DNA from: Escherichia phage Dru_SM1
Direction: 5' to 3' (one strand)
Sequence record: PP596835.1
Length of the DNA: 60,633 nt
A model generated the notes under the pieces. The model had not been told where the DNA came from. It saw nothing but the letters and a program-made list of their open reading frames with translations, and did no database searches. Below are positions 37,828 to 49,921 of this stretch, one piece after another (within the stretch, counting starts at the first letter, position 1; each line of letters begins with the position of its first letter). The position numbers and the translations under genes were made by a program.

Positions 37828-38736
37828 TTAATCTTTCCCGTAATAATTAGCTACTTGATAGTTTTGGCAACCAACTTTCTGACCTTGAGTATCTACTGTA
37901 CTGGAATGGAAATTGCAATACCATGTTCCATCTTCTTTAGGCTCAAGGAATTGGCATGTGCGACAGTTTACTTCCGGCATAGTTTTACGCCAGCATAGTG
38001 AGGAGTGATCGCACCATTTACATTCGAAGAAAGTGGAATCTTTAAATGCGCGGTCCGGAATATCTGTAGCAATAGCAATCTGCACACCACGATCAATATA
38101 CATGTCCGCGGTAACAGGATCAAACGGAATAATTTCTGCGTAAACTTCATCGTCATTCTTGTTTACAGCAAGATATAACGCTGCGCCAAGACCTAGTTTT
38201 CGCATGTACACGTTCATCTGTACATAGTGCTCAGGTTTGGCTTCTTTAACACCTTTAGCTTTCAGCTTTTTAAAAGACTTATCGTTATGCGTCTTCATTT
38301 CGGTGAGCACAGGCATCCCAGGCTGCACGTCCGGACAACCTATAACCACACCATCGCAGGAACCGCCAAAGTGTCCGCCAGCTTCGCTGATACGGAACTG
38401 GTGTCCATTTTCGTCCTGCTGATAGACCTGCATACCTGCTGCAAGAAGCATAGCAATGAAACGCGCTTCTTCCAGATGTCCGCGGTTAAACAGTCGAAGC
38501 TGGCGCCCGTCAAACTCTTTGCGTGTAGCCCAGCGATATCCATAGAAAAGCTTGCGTGCGCATTGCTGCCCAATAAGGGAAGCGCCTAAGTGACTGCGGT
38601 TACCGCTTTCAGGGCGATAAGCGTCTTCAATTGTGGGAATGACTACGCCAAGATACTTACGGTAAGTCCCACCCTGATCTTTTTGCACACCGTCATTGAT
38701 CGCTTGAAGTGTTTTTTCTGCAATATAAATAGCCAT
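37828..38736 (-). CDS. PD-(D/E)XK nuclease, Cas4/RecB-like with Cys cluster
   Basis: 302-aa ORF; one N-terminal Cys and a C-terminal cluster (ECKWCDHSSLC) flank a D...E.K core (DGVVIG...LTEMK). Confidence 0.5.
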   Translation of the reverse strand: MAIYIAEKTLQAINDGVQKDQGGTYRKYLGVVIPTIEDAYRPESGNRSHLGASLIGQQCARKLFYGYRWATRKEFDGRQLRLFNRGHLEEARFIAMLLAAGMQVYQQDENGHQFRISEAGGHFGGSCDGVVIGCPDVQPGMPVLTEMKTHNDKSFKKLKAKGVKEAKPEHYVQMNVYMRKLGLGAALYLAVNKNDDEVYAEIIPFDPVTADMYIDRGVQIAIATDIPDRAFKDSTFFECKWCDHSSLCWRKTMPEVNCRTCQFLEPKEDGTWYCNFHSSTVDTQGQKVGCQNYQVANYYGKD

Positions 38737-38801
38737 TGGAATACCTTAGAAAAATAAGCCGTCGAAAGACGGCTTATGGACACTACAGAGGGAGGGTTAT
38801 C

Positions 38802-39689
38802 TTACTGCTGCCACGGCGGGACTGCTGCTTGTGCCGGATGCGGTTCAGCTTGCTGCTGCGGCTGAGCTTGCTGCTGAGGTGCTGCTGCCTGGCCAGGCTG
38901 TGCTACCTGCTGCGCCCACGGCTGCTGAGCTGCTTCCGGTGCTACTGGCTGTTGTACTGGAGCTTGCTGCACTGGCTGCTGTGGTGCTGCGTTTTGAGCA
39001 GGATTATCCCACGGCTGCGGTGCGGCATTCTGCCACGGTTGTGCTGCTGCGCCCTGCTGTGGTGCTGGTTGCTGCTGCACAGGCTGCTGAACTGGCTGCT
39101 GTTGCTGCACCGGAGCTTGCTGCTGTACAGGCGCTTGCTGTTGCTGAGCAAACGGGTTAGCTGCTGGTTGCTGCGGTGCTGCGCCCGGGAAAGCTGGCTG
39201 CTGAGCTGGCGCACCTGCACCGAACGGGTTAGCTACTGCTGCTTGAGTACCCATTGCTGGAGCACCTGCTTCTTTTTCTGCATACTTAACCGGATCGTTG
39301 ATGTTAGCATAACCGTTAGGCTCGTTGCTGTCTTCATAACCTTCCTGAGAACGAACTTTCAGACGCAGGTTCAGCGGAATGTTATGCAGTTGAGCAGGAG
39401 TATCCCAGCGAATTACGCCAACCGCATGGGAAAGCGCGCCCAGTTGCTCGTAAGCGATACGCACGGTATCTTCGTTATCGTTGATAACGTTATAACGAGC
39501 GAAGATTTTACGGCCTTTAGCAAAACCATCAATGATGCTAAACGTTACCTGGATTGCCATACCGCCATTTTTGGTCGGTTTGAATTCAGATGCTTCAATT
39601 ACTGCTTTATACCAACCTTTCGGCAATGCGCCGTAAGAAGGTGCTTGATAGCTGCTCGCGTCAAAGTGGAAATTAGTTGGCATAGTCAT
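38802..39689 (-). CDS. putative ssDNA-binding protein with Gln/Pro/Ala-rich C-terminal tail
   Basis: 295-aa ORF; N-terminal ~130-aa globular region then low-complexity Q/P/A repeats; sits next to Sak4-like ATPase. Confidence 0.4.
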   Translation of the reverse strand: MTMPTNFHFDASSYQAPSYGALPKGWYKAVIEASEFKPTKNGGMAIQVTFSIIDGFAKGRKIFARYNVINDNEDTVRIAYEQLGALSHAVGVIRWDTPAQLHNIPLNLRLKVRSQEGYEDSNEPNGYANINDPVKYAEKEAGAPAMGTQAAVANPFGAGAPAQQPAFPGAAPQQPAANPFAQQQQAPVQQQAPVQQQQPVQQPVQQQPAPQQGAAAQPWQNAAPQPWDNPAQNAAPQQPVQQAPVQQPVAPEAAQQPWAQQVAQPGQAAAPQQQAQPQQQAEPHPAQAAVPPWQQ

Positions 39690-40417
39690 TAGTTGATACC
39701 TTTCATTTTGTTGATAACAGAACCTAAGTGTGGGACTTCAACCGCATCTAAACGTCCCGAACGATCCTTAGCGATTGTATTAAAGTCCGGTTGAGTTTGC
39801 AAGTAACGATACGAGTTACCTTGCTGATCCTTATTTACATTCAGACGAAACACTTCGTCGAAGAAATAAGGGAGCATTTGCCCCAATTTGGACCCAGGCA
39901 TAGATGGAGCATACGCGGTAACACCGGAGACTTCATCTTTGTCTTTGCCCATTTTAGCAGACATATAAACATGTTTGCCAGGAATATCGCGAAATTTACG
40001 GATTAGATCTTGCATCTTTTCAAGCAAAGTACCATAAGCTTGACGAGGATCTTTTGTTCCTTTTTTCGCATTGTTTAAACATTGTTCAGCAATTTCGCTC
40101 AAGCTGTCAAGCGCAATAGAATCGAAATACTGCTGGTTAGCTGGAGTTACACACCACTGATAAGCAGCTTCAACGTCCTCCAGACATTTAACTTCGATAA
40201 CAGGAATGTCATAAACGATCGGCAATCCCATGTTACCATAAACGCGATTAAGGTTTTCCGCTGCAATAGACAACAGACCGGACTCTGCGCTGATCAAAAT
40301 TGGTTTAGGTAGTGTGGCTACAAGGCTGGTTTTACCCATACCCGCTTCACCGTAAACCAGAATTTTAACGCCTGTGTCTTGCACTACTTGTGAAGACATT
40401 TTAATTTCAATGGCCAT
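39689..40417 (-). CDS. RecA-like ATPase (Sak4-like recombination protein)
   Basis: 242-aa ORF; Walker A LVYGEAGMGKTS; size and neighbourhood typical of Sak4-type proteins. Confidence 0.55.
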   Translation of the reverse strand: MAIEIKMSSQVVQDTGVKILVYGEAGMGKTSLVATLPKPILISAESGLLSIAAENLNRVYGNMGLPIVYDIPVIEVKCLEDVEAAYQWCVTPANQQYFDSIALDSLSEIAEQCLNNAKKGTKDPRQAYGTLLEKMQDLIRKFRDIPGKHVYMSAKMGKDKDEVSGVTAYAPSMPGSKLGQMLPYFFDEVFRLNVNKDQQGNSYRYLQTQPDFNTIAKDRSGRLDAVEVPHLGSVINKMKGIN

Positions 40418-40482
40418 TTAACGCCTCTCTTTTAAGTTCGTGCTCATTGTAACGTAATATACTTTGAACCCTCAATTACTTT

Positions 40483-41397
40483 TTAATCTAATGCCTGATC
40501 ACTTTCATCGCGGAAATGCATAAAGTTAGCAAAACGCGGTTTATCTTTAACACCATGAGGGAAGTGTTTATATGAAATAGTCCGACCTTTAATCTTGTCA
40601 GGGTTATTCCAATAATAAATCTTATCCTCTTGCGTTAATTTACCAGGACTAACGTTGATTGTATTGCCCGTCTTAACGTCTTTACAAACAAGCGTCCCGA
40701 TCATACCGTTAGGAACTTTATTTTCCTGATGTGAAGATCGTGTAGTCCTTCCCAGCTCGTTAACAGTGGCTTCATTAAGATTAGTTTCACCCTCGATAAT
40801 ATCGAGGACAATAGCGTCTTCCTGAATAAAGCGTTTAATACGAAGATATCCACCTTCGCGAACTGTACCTCGCCCATGCTTATAAGGCTTTTCAGGATCG
40901 CGGATAATAATACCTTCATAACCCATATCAAGCCAGATGTTTTCCCAGTAGAGCAGCTCTTGCAAAGACTTAACCACATACATCGGCACAACTTGCAGAT
41001 CGAGCAATTCCCCTTTAGCGTGCTGTGTGGTTATAAAGTCTTTCATCATGTTGTAGCGTGCTTCATAGCCCAGCTCTGCAACACTTTCCGCGCACAGATC
41101 AAAGATGTGCCATTTCAGGAATGGTTCACCTTCAATTGTGTTTACCGCACTGGTTGTTTTACGGCACAGATCCGGGTCCGTTTCAACTCCTGCCGCAAGT
41201 TCACCGTCATAGCCCATGTACTGAGGACCGCTGAAAATTGCGCTTGTATGGCGGTTTTTAAACAGCTTTAAGCTTCGCCCTACTATCCGCCCGTCCGGAT
41301 TTAAACCGCGCACACCGTCGATTTTAGGCAGTATACAGCACGGAAACTTAATCTTTTCTTCAACCGCGTCAGTCGCTAAATGTGGCTTGAATGCCAT
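40483..41397 (-). CDS. ATP-dependent DNA ligase
   Basis: 304-aa ORF; adenylation motif PKIDGVRG (KxDG) and overall size of small phage ligases. Confidence 0.65.
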   Translation of the reverse strand: MAFKPHLATDAVEEKIKFPCCILPKIDGVRGLNPDGRIVGRSLKLFKNRHTSAIFSGPQYMGYDGELAAGVETDPDLCRKTTSAVNTIEGEPFLKWHIFDLCAESVAELGYEARYNMMKDFITTQHAKGELLDLQVVPMYVVKSLQELLYWENIWLDMGYEGIIIRDPEKPYKHGRGTVREGGYLRIKRFIQEDAIVLDIIEGETNLNEATVNELGRTTRSSHQENKVPNGMIGTLVCKDVKTGNTINVSPGKLTQEDKIYYWNNPDKIKGRTISYKHFPHGVKDKPRFANFMHFRDESDQALD

Positions 41398-41406
41398 ATG
41401 CCCTCC

Positions 41407-42060
41407 TTACATTTCATAGTCAAAGTCTGACCAGTCTGAGCGAGTTGTAATTGAATTTACGCCCATACCTTTACCCATAGAACGCCGCCAAACGGTTGCA
41501 GCTTTTTGAGCTTTCTCTTTCATACGAGTATTGCGACGTAAATGTCCGCTGCCCTTTTTAGGTCTATTTTCCTTTTTCTTTGCTTCGGAAATAAGCTCTT
41601 TACATTCCTGCAAACGGATTTTGCTTCTTTCCAATCGCATAGCAGAACGCGCACGTTCATCGCAGAATCTTTGTGCTTTACTACGTTGGTCTTGCGTGCT
41701 CGTATGACCTTTAACGTGGCGGAACTCAATAGTTAGATTATATTTACGCAATTGATCGTTCAACCATTTGAAAGCTACACCTTCCTGTTCACTTTTCCAG
41801 CTTGCTTCTTTATACACTTTAATAGCTGTTGAACAATCTGTTTGCACAATTAAATGATCGCCCGGATGGATTAATTTAGCCTTCATTCCCTCCCAAATAA
41901 CATTACAGATTGCCATTGTTTCAGCTGCATTATTATCAGGAGCTCCGCGTAACGGTCCACCGTTAGCGTTATTTCCACGGTTACACACTACCCATCCACC
42001 GTATCCCGCGGCTTTTGTATTTGGACAAAAACTTGCATCGGATATAATTGTTACTCGCAT
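41407..42060 (-). CDS. ribonuclease H
   Basis: start set to ATG 42060 (AGGAG RBS); RNase H-like segments (TIISDASF ... AAETMAICNVI ... IVQTDCSTAI ... FRHVKGH); basic C-terminal extension. Confidence 0.6.
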   Translation of the reverse strand: MRVTIISDASFCPNTKAAGYGGWVVCNRGNNANGGPLRGAPDNNAAETMAICNVIWEGMKAKLIHPGDHLIVQTDCSTAIKVYKEASWKSEQEGVAFKWLNDQLRKYNLTIEFRHVKGHTSTQDQRSKAQRFCDERARSAMRLERSKIRLQECKELISEAKKKENRPKKGSGHLRRNTRMKEKAQKAATVWRRSMGKGMGVNSITTRSDWSDFDYEM

Positions 42061-42103
42061 AATAACTCCTGTTAAAAAGGGGTCTACTGACCCCTTTAGT
42101 TTA

Positions 42104-42895
42104 TTACAGTTTGTCTTTGAACTCTTCGATATATTGCTCGATCGGATACTGTTTGCGTTTGAAACGATCAAACAAGATTTTAGCTGCGGTTACGTCTTCT
42201 TTATTCTCCTTATTTGCGCCAGGAGCCATAAAATCACGCCACGTGAAACCGTTCAAAGTATGCATGTTTGCAATGTGTTTATTGTAACGACTTTCCCAGT
42301 CCACACGCGGACCTTCCATCTTGCGCAAACCGCGTCCAAGAACTTGGACATATACATCTTTCTGACGTTGTACAGCTTCACCATTATAAGGTCCGGTTTT
42401 AAACTCAACAACACTACCGTTAAGATCTGCACCATCTGCAAAATTTTGCAACAGAGTGTCAATAACGTCATTGAACGTCTGGACCATCACTTTTCCCTGA
42501 GCAATACCTGCCAAATAACCGACGTTTTCTTCACCGTACAACTCAATCAGTTCTTTCTTGGTCGCTTCTGCTTCTTTGATTGCGGACAAAGCCAACATCT
42601 GTTGTTCGAACATGTACTCCTGTTCCAGGAAGTGCGTATATCGCTCTTCATCCACTTTGCAGACAATCCATTTGTATTCAACATCCTTGCTGAAGTCCGG
42701 ATACTGATCTACTTCTACTACTTCCGTAGTAAAGAACTTGCCGTTATATTGAATAACAACTGTATCGCCCGGCTGCAATTCGTCACTTTCCAGAGCACGA
42801 TAGGTATAAAGACGACCACCTGCTTCAAACTTAACTTTGACAGTTACAACGCCTTTTAACAGAGCATGATAAGCTTTCTGAAATTCTTTACGCAT
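42104..42895 (-). CDS. hypothetical protein
   Basis: 263-aa ORF in the replication block. Confidence 0.45.
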   Translation of the reverse strand: MRKEFQKAYHALLKGVVTVKVKFEAGGRLYTYRALESDELQPGDTVVIQYNGKFFTTEVVEVDQYPDFSKDVEYKWIVCKVDEERYTHFLEQEYMFEQQMLALSAIKEAEATKKELIELYGEENVGYLAGIAQGKVMVQTFNDVIDTLLQNFADGADLNGSVVEFKTGPYNGEAVQRQKDVYVQVLGRGLRKMEGPRVDWESRYNKHIANMHTLNGFTWRDFMAPGANKENKEDVTAAKILFDRFKRKQYPIEQYIEEFKDKL

Positions 42896-42936
42896 TTTAG
42901 TTTCCTCTTGGGCGGATTGACCGCCCGTTAATGTGG

Positions 42937-43407
42937 TTAGGCTTTATTTGGCACAATTTCCAGAGACGCGGAACCAACTTTCGATTCAACGCACTGGTTA
43001 AAGACTGCGGCTTGCTCTGCTGTAAGTTTGCGCCAAGCCGCAACTTTCAATACAGGTTTATTTTCTACAAGCTGATCAACGTTAACACCAACTTTAATCA
43101 AATCGCCCAGGATTCCGTTAAGGCTTGGAAGATCAATCTTACGATCAATCTTGTGGGTCATTTTCATAACCCCGCCAGTAATTTCAACTTTATTAGTCCC
43201 CTCAGACGGCGCTGGGAAATAGGACTTAATAATCTTATCACGGAGTGCTCGCTCACGAGCTTGCAGCTTCTGCAATTCCGCTTTAGTTTTATACCACTCA
43301 ATTACATCTGCTTCTGTTGCTTGTACTGCTTTATCTGCGTCGAACATTTTTCTGTCCTCTGTTGTGTTTCGATGTATGTATAGTAGCACATCCATGTGCT
43401 TAGGCAA
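42937..43407 (-). CDS. hypothetical protein
   Basis: 156-aa ORF. Confidence 0.45.
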   Translation of the reverse strand: MPKHMDVLLYIHRNTTEDRKMFDADKAVQATEADVIEWYKTKAELQKLQARERALRDKIIKSYFPAPSEGTNKVEITGGVMKMTHKIDRKIDLPSLNGILGDLIKVGVNVDQLVENKPVLKVAAWRKLTAEQAAVFNQCVESKVGSASLEIVPNKA

Positions 43408-43410
43408 GAC

Positions 43411-44004
43411 TTATTTTTTATCTAAATGACGTGAAATCATGATCGGATGCGTAGCAGCTTCTTCCTCTGATGTAACCACATTGGCAGAAGTACCAGTAGA
43501 CCCGAAGCCATTAGCACCGCGCTCAGTAGTTTTGAGCTCGTCTACTTCTACCAGTTGCACGCAAGGCACCTTAATAAGCATAGCTTGCGCAATACGGTCG
43601 CCATGACTGACTACAAAACCACCATCATTATCAATAGTAAGCTTAACCTTAACTTCCCCAGTGTAATCGCTGTCAATAACACCTACGCAGTTAGCCAAAC
43701 GAACGTCATTTTTGAACCCATGTCCACTCCGGGAGTAGACCATAAGCGCATATCCTTTAGGGATATCAAATGCTAACCCTGTACGGAATACGTGCTCGTA
43801 AGAGAAAATGATTTGTTCACAACCGTCTTCACTTTTGAGATCCGCGTGCAGGTCAAAGCAAGCTGCCCCCGCACTGGCAAACGATGGCAGGATTGCGGTG
43901 TCTGTTAAGCGTTTTACCCCGAGAAGAGTTGGCGCAAAGGATGTAGCAGATATGCTAGAATTAGTTATAGAAATAGTGTGCATGTTATTCAATACGTCAG
44001 TCAT
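43411..44004 (-). CDS. dut: dUTP diphosphatase
   Basis: dUTPase motifs (AGAACFDL, RSGHGFK, GVIDSDYTGE, RGANGFGSTG); N-terminal extent uncertain. Confidence 0.75.
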   Translation of the reverse strand: MTDVLNNMHTISITNSSISATSFAPTLLGVKRLTDTAILPSFASAGAACFDLHADLKSEDGCEQIIFSYEHVFRTGLAFDIPKGYALMVYSRSGHGFKNDVRLANCVGVIDSDYTGEVKVKLTIDNDGGFVVSHGDRIAQAMLIKVPCVQLVEVDELKTTERGANGFGSTGTSANVVTSEEEAATHPIMISRHLDKK

Positions 44005-44016
44005 AATTTCACCTTA

Positions 44017-44481
44017 TTAAGAGTATGTACCTGTTTGAACAATGTGATTAATAGCATGTGCTCTGAAGATTTCCCTAAAATCTTCAAGTTCTATTGTAGC
44101 ACGAATTGGCTCCTTTTTAATATAATAATTGAACTCATTAATATCAAAGACGGAAGGGTTCATACATATAACAACTTTCCAACCCGCTCTAGGAATCTTA
44201 TACATTAAGACTGGGATCTTATTACATTCCTGTGCAGACTTAACAGTTTGCTTCCACCATGTGTTAACAGCAAGAGTTGCATGGTTTTTGATCTCTACAC
44301 AATATTGGCAAGTATTATCAATATCCGCACCACCTACAGCCGATTGATTTTGTCGCCTTTGTGCAATAGGTTTAGGTGGTAACGGTTTACCAATAAGCTT
44401 ATGCACTTCCGCATAAATATCGTTGAAAAAATCGCAAGCTTCCCTTTCAGCTCTCTGACCTTTTTGCCGTATGTTGACCAT
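44017..44481 (-). CDS. putative PD-(D/E)XK nuclease (possible resolvase)
   Basis: ORF 44017-44586; likely start ATG 44481; core GGADIDNTCQYCVEIK matches the D...(D/E)xK pattern. Confidence 0.4.
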   Translation of the reverse strand: MVNIRQKGQRAEREACDFFNDIYAEVHKLIGKPLPPKPIAQRRQNQSAVGGADIDNTCQYCVEIKNHATLAVNTWWKQTVKSAQECNKIPVLMYKIPRAGWKVVICMNPSVFDINEFNYYIKKEPIRATIELEDFREIFRAHAINHIVQTGTYS

Positions 44482-44959
44482 GATTTGCAAATTCCTTATG
44501 TAATTCCAATCTTTTAGTTCTAACCCAAGCTTTAGCAGCTTGCAAACCTTCAGGTGTAAGTTCAAAATATTTTGATACCAAAACACCTTTTACATGTAAG
44601 TTCGCATAATAGACTTGAATGCCATTATGTTTTGTAATAGTTACGCACTTAACACCAGTCTTTGAATCTTTACGAATAACCATATTATAATTGTTCTGTG
44701 AACGATCAGCTAGTCTAAGATTTTCTATTCTGTTATCATCTCGAACTCCGTTAATATGATCAATTATCTTGTCTTCAGGAATATCACCATTGAAGTATTG
44801 CCATATTAACCTGTGAGCGAAATAAAATCTCTTATCAATTTTACCTTGAATGTAACCGTCCTGACGTTTTGTACCAAATGGTCTTTTATTATAACCGTTT
44901 TTATTTCTTTGAAATAATTTGCCATCTATATAAATAAAGCGATCGTTTACATTGATCAT
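44447..44959 (-). CDS. HNH homing endonuclease
   Basis: HNH motif DHINGVRDDNRIENLRL; start likely ATG 44959 (MINVNDRF); 3' end overlaps the downstream nuclease gene. Confidence 0.7.
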   Translation of the reverse strand: MINVNDRFIYIDGKLFQRNKNGYNKRPFGTKRQDGYIQGKIDKRFYFAHRLIWQYFNGDIPEDKIIDHINGVRDDNRIENLRLADRSQNNYNMVIRKDSKTGVKCVTITKHNGIQVYYANLHVKGVLVSKYFELTPEGLQAAKAWVRTKRLELHKEFANHGQHTAKRSES

Positions 44960-45145
44960 GTTTACCTCCTTTATATGTATTTTAATATGAAGTAAAATCA
45001 ATCTCAATAAAAAAGCGCAACGTTTTCACGCTGCGCTTAGTTTAAATAAGGTACTTGACTATTCAGCTTCCCTTATTTCCGGTAAATTATACAGCCTCGC
45101 CAAAGGCTGGTGACGGTTTGGTACATCTGGCGCCGTCGCGTTAAA

Positions 45146-45172
45146 CATCGTTCACATCGTTCACATCGTTCA
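45146..45172. repeat. tandem repeat (CATCGTTCA)x3, with a fourth copy at ~45267
   Basis: three perfect head-to-tail 9-mers inside a 345-bp non-coding gap (45008-45352). Confidence 0.8.
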
Positions 45173-45352
45173 TTAAGTTGCGGGTTTACCCTGTCCGCTC
45201 CAGGAAGCCCAGCGAAAGTAGTTGCTGTAAGGAGGTACAGCTACCGCTTTCAAGGGCTTGAGTTAAGCATCGTTCACTAAGTTAATGTTGTTAAATTGTT
45301 AAACCTCGTTAACTGTGGTTATCTTAAAGGATGCAGTCTTGAATGGCAAGCT

Positions 45353-45670
45353 TCAATTTTGCGCGGTTCCCTTTTCCGCTTTTGGTGCTAAAGTACCATC
45401 ATTTAACATCAACTCAAAACCTGTTACTTGGTCGGTTGGAACAATAGGGTAATTCATAATAGCCATGTGGATACAATGCCCTCCGTCACATTCATCGATG
45501 TATTCATTACCCCAATAGTATAAATGCCCATCTCTTCGAATATCCATTGCTGTCGGGAAGTCTACAAGAATTCTTTTGATTTCTTTTCGTCCTTCTTTAT
45601 GCAGATTAGTTTCAATACGGATAAGCTCCGCATAAATTGCTTCACAGATAGTATTTACAATTCCCATCAC
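45353..45670 (-). CDS. hypothetical protein
   Basis: 105-aa ORF. Confidence 0.4.
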   Translation of the reverse strand: MMGIVNTICEAIYAELIRIETNLHKEGRKEIKRILVDFPTAMDIRRDGHLYYWGNEYIDECDGGHCIHMAIMNYPIVPTDQVTGFELMLNDGTLAPKAEKGTAQN

Positions 45671-45993
45671 CAGTCCGCCTTTTCTGTTTCGTTAATACAT
45701 TTTACAAGTTGATCAATACTTACATCAACGTAAATCTCACTCTGCTCAAGCTCTTTTATAAACTCATCCTCACAGCGGATTGGATTATGAAGCGATCCAA
45801 TTTCATACACTTGAACATGAGGAATAAGCGGTAAAAGATAAGTCCTTACCAGCTTGATCAGGACATGATGTTGATCTCTTTCCTGCAAATCAATATTATT
45901 GTCTTCACAAAAACCATCAATAATATCTCCGTCCCCGAAACCAAATTTACTTGCTAATCCATAAGCTCGTAATCTTAGAACGTTATCGGTCAT
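45667..45993 (-). CDS. hypothetical protein
   Basis: likely start ATG 45993 with GAGGG RBS. Confidence 0.4.
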   Translation of the reverse strand: MTDNVLRLRAYGLASKFGFGDGDIIDGFCEDNNIDLQERDQHHVLIKLVRTYLLPLIPHVQVYEIGSLHNPIRCEDEFIKELEQSEIYVDVSIDQLVKCINETEKADW

Positions 45994-46013
45994 CTTTATC
46001 ACCCTCACAAAAG

Positions 46014-46283
46014 TTACAACTTAAACTTAACTACTCTCTGGTATCTAAGAAGTTGTGTAACAACCTTATCTAATTCCGTGATACGCCGTTTAATTTTGAG
46101 CCTTTTTCGCAATTGACCAATATTATTAATGTTCAGTTTGTCTAATTCTTTTCTTAAATATGACAAAAGATTTAATTGATACTCTATGACAAACCCAATT
46201 CTAAAATAAGACCCAGTAGTAGACTGAGGCGGTATGCAGGCAGGCCACACAGGAAAATCGTCAATGTTCATTTCACACCTCAC
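46014..46283 (-). CDS. hypothetical protein
   Basis: 89-aa ORF. Confidence 0.4.
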   Translation of the reverse strand: MRCEMNIDDFPVWPACIPPQSTTGSYFRIGFVIEYQLNLLSYLRKELDKLNINNIGQLRKRLKIKRRITELDKVVTQLLRYQRVVKFKL

Positions 46284-46512
46284 AGAATGTACATAAACCA
46301 GAAATAACCAGCTACGAAAATAGCACCCGCAAATAATTTTAAAGGCTCAAACATTGTCCCCTCCGTTAACTTTATGCTGTAAGTATAGCAGGACTTACGA
46401 TGTATGCAACAACTTTAGACTTGAAATACATCTATAAAATAGCACGATTTGCCTTTACCTTTGATCCGTCTAGCTGTACTATTAACTCATAAACAGAGCG
46501 GAGGATTACAAA

Positions 46513-46737
46513 ATGGTCATGCTGAATAAAGTATATAGCACAATGGGCGCGGATTATAAAGTTGTACGTCACCCTCGTACTGGCAAATTTGAAGCATATA
46601 TCCGTCCAATGGGTGAAGGTTGGATGTATTACGGTACTTATGACGACGCTGAGCAAGCTTATAAAGAGGCGGAAAGTGCAGCGGAAGCATCCGAAATTAT
46701 GGCAAGGTACGACGTCGATGATTATTACCTTAGCTAA
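46513..46737 (+). CDS. hypothetical small protein encoded opposite to the surrounding leftward genes
   Basis: 74-aa ORF with GGAGG RBS; followed by a hairpin terminator. Confidence 0.45.
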   Translation: MVMLNKVYSTMGADYKVVRHPRTGKFEAYIRPMGEGWMYYGTYDDAEQAYKEAESAAEASEIMARYDVDDYYLS

Positions 46738-46741
46738 CAAT

Positions 46742-49124
<2,383 letters not shown>

Positions 49125-49125
49125 C

Positions 49126-49650
49126 TTATACACCCAATTTGTTACAACCATGGTTCTTGTGAAAATTGTAATCGGTTAATGCTTTACTTACAGCCATTTG
49201 TGCATCTTCAAAAGTATCGTATACTCCAAGATATTTTGAAGTCCCGTCAACGCCTATACGAGCTTGCCATTTATTAGTAGCTTTGTGAAATGTAACTCCA
49301 TTTACTCCAGAGGTATTATTGCGTTTCTTACTTTGATTTCGTCCATTTTCTTTGTGAGTAACAAGACGCAAGTTTTCAATGCGGTCGTCGTAACGAACAT
49401 GATTAATATGGTCAATCTCATACCCTTCGGGAATGGGTCCATTATGCATTTCCCATACTATACGTGAACGACGATATAGTTTACCGTTAAGGGTAATACG
49501 AACATATCCTTTATCTGTAAGCGTACCCGCAACGCAACCTTCTTTCGCTCTTGCGCCCATATCTTTCTTCCAATACAACACTCCTTCATTATATTGGAAT
49601 ATCACCGCCCATTGTGGGAAAGCTTTAATTTCAGCGGGAAACAGTTCCAT
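49126..49650 (-). CDS. HNH homing endonuclease
   Basis: 174-aa ORF; HNH motif IDHINHVRYDDRIENLRL; first 16 residues resemble the primase N-terminus. Confidence 0.7.
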   Translation of the reverse strand: MELFPAEIKAFPQWAVIFQYNEGVLYWKKDMGARAKEGCVAGTLTDKGYVRITLNGKLYRRSRIVWEMHNGPIPEGYEIDHINHVRYDDRIENLRLVTHKENGRNQSKKRNNTSGVNGVTFHKATNKWQARIGVDGTSKYLGVYDTFEDAQMAVSKALTDYNFHKNHGCNKLGV

Positions 49651-49656
49651 ATTTAA

Positions 49657-49860
49657 TTAAGACCTCCGACGCTTATCGCCTTGCATCTTTTCCAGGACGG
49701 GTTCTGCCAATGAACGTTTATAGATGTACACGCTACCGATTTTAATAGCGCCGGGAATGCATTCGCGCATTCTGGAGAGCTTAAATTTTGAAATACCGAA
49801 CTGGTTTTCAATTTCGGTAGTTGTTATATAGTTGTGATTAAATTCTTCGACGTGGGTCAT
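49657..49860 (-). CDS. small DNA-binding protein (helix-turn-helix, excisionase/AlpA-like)
   Basis: 67-aa basic ORF near the start of the leftward block; HTH-like segment. Confidence 0.45.
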   Translation of the reverse strand: MTHVEEFNHNYITTTEIENQFGISKFKLSRMRECIPGAIKIGSVYIYKRSLAEPVLEKMQGDKRRRS

Positions 49861-49921
49861 AGCTCCTCCTTTGTCCGCACACTATACACAGATAAGAGGA
49901 GCCATTGCAATGCGTTTTGCA

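Noticed and set aside
38736-39692. 318-aa rightward Cys/Leu/Arg-rich ORF (and a 109-aa Ala-rich ORF) antisense to the SSB-like gene
   Set aside because: Mirror-image artefact of the CAG/CTG-rich Gln/Pro/Ala-coding region on the minus strand; composition is not protein-like.
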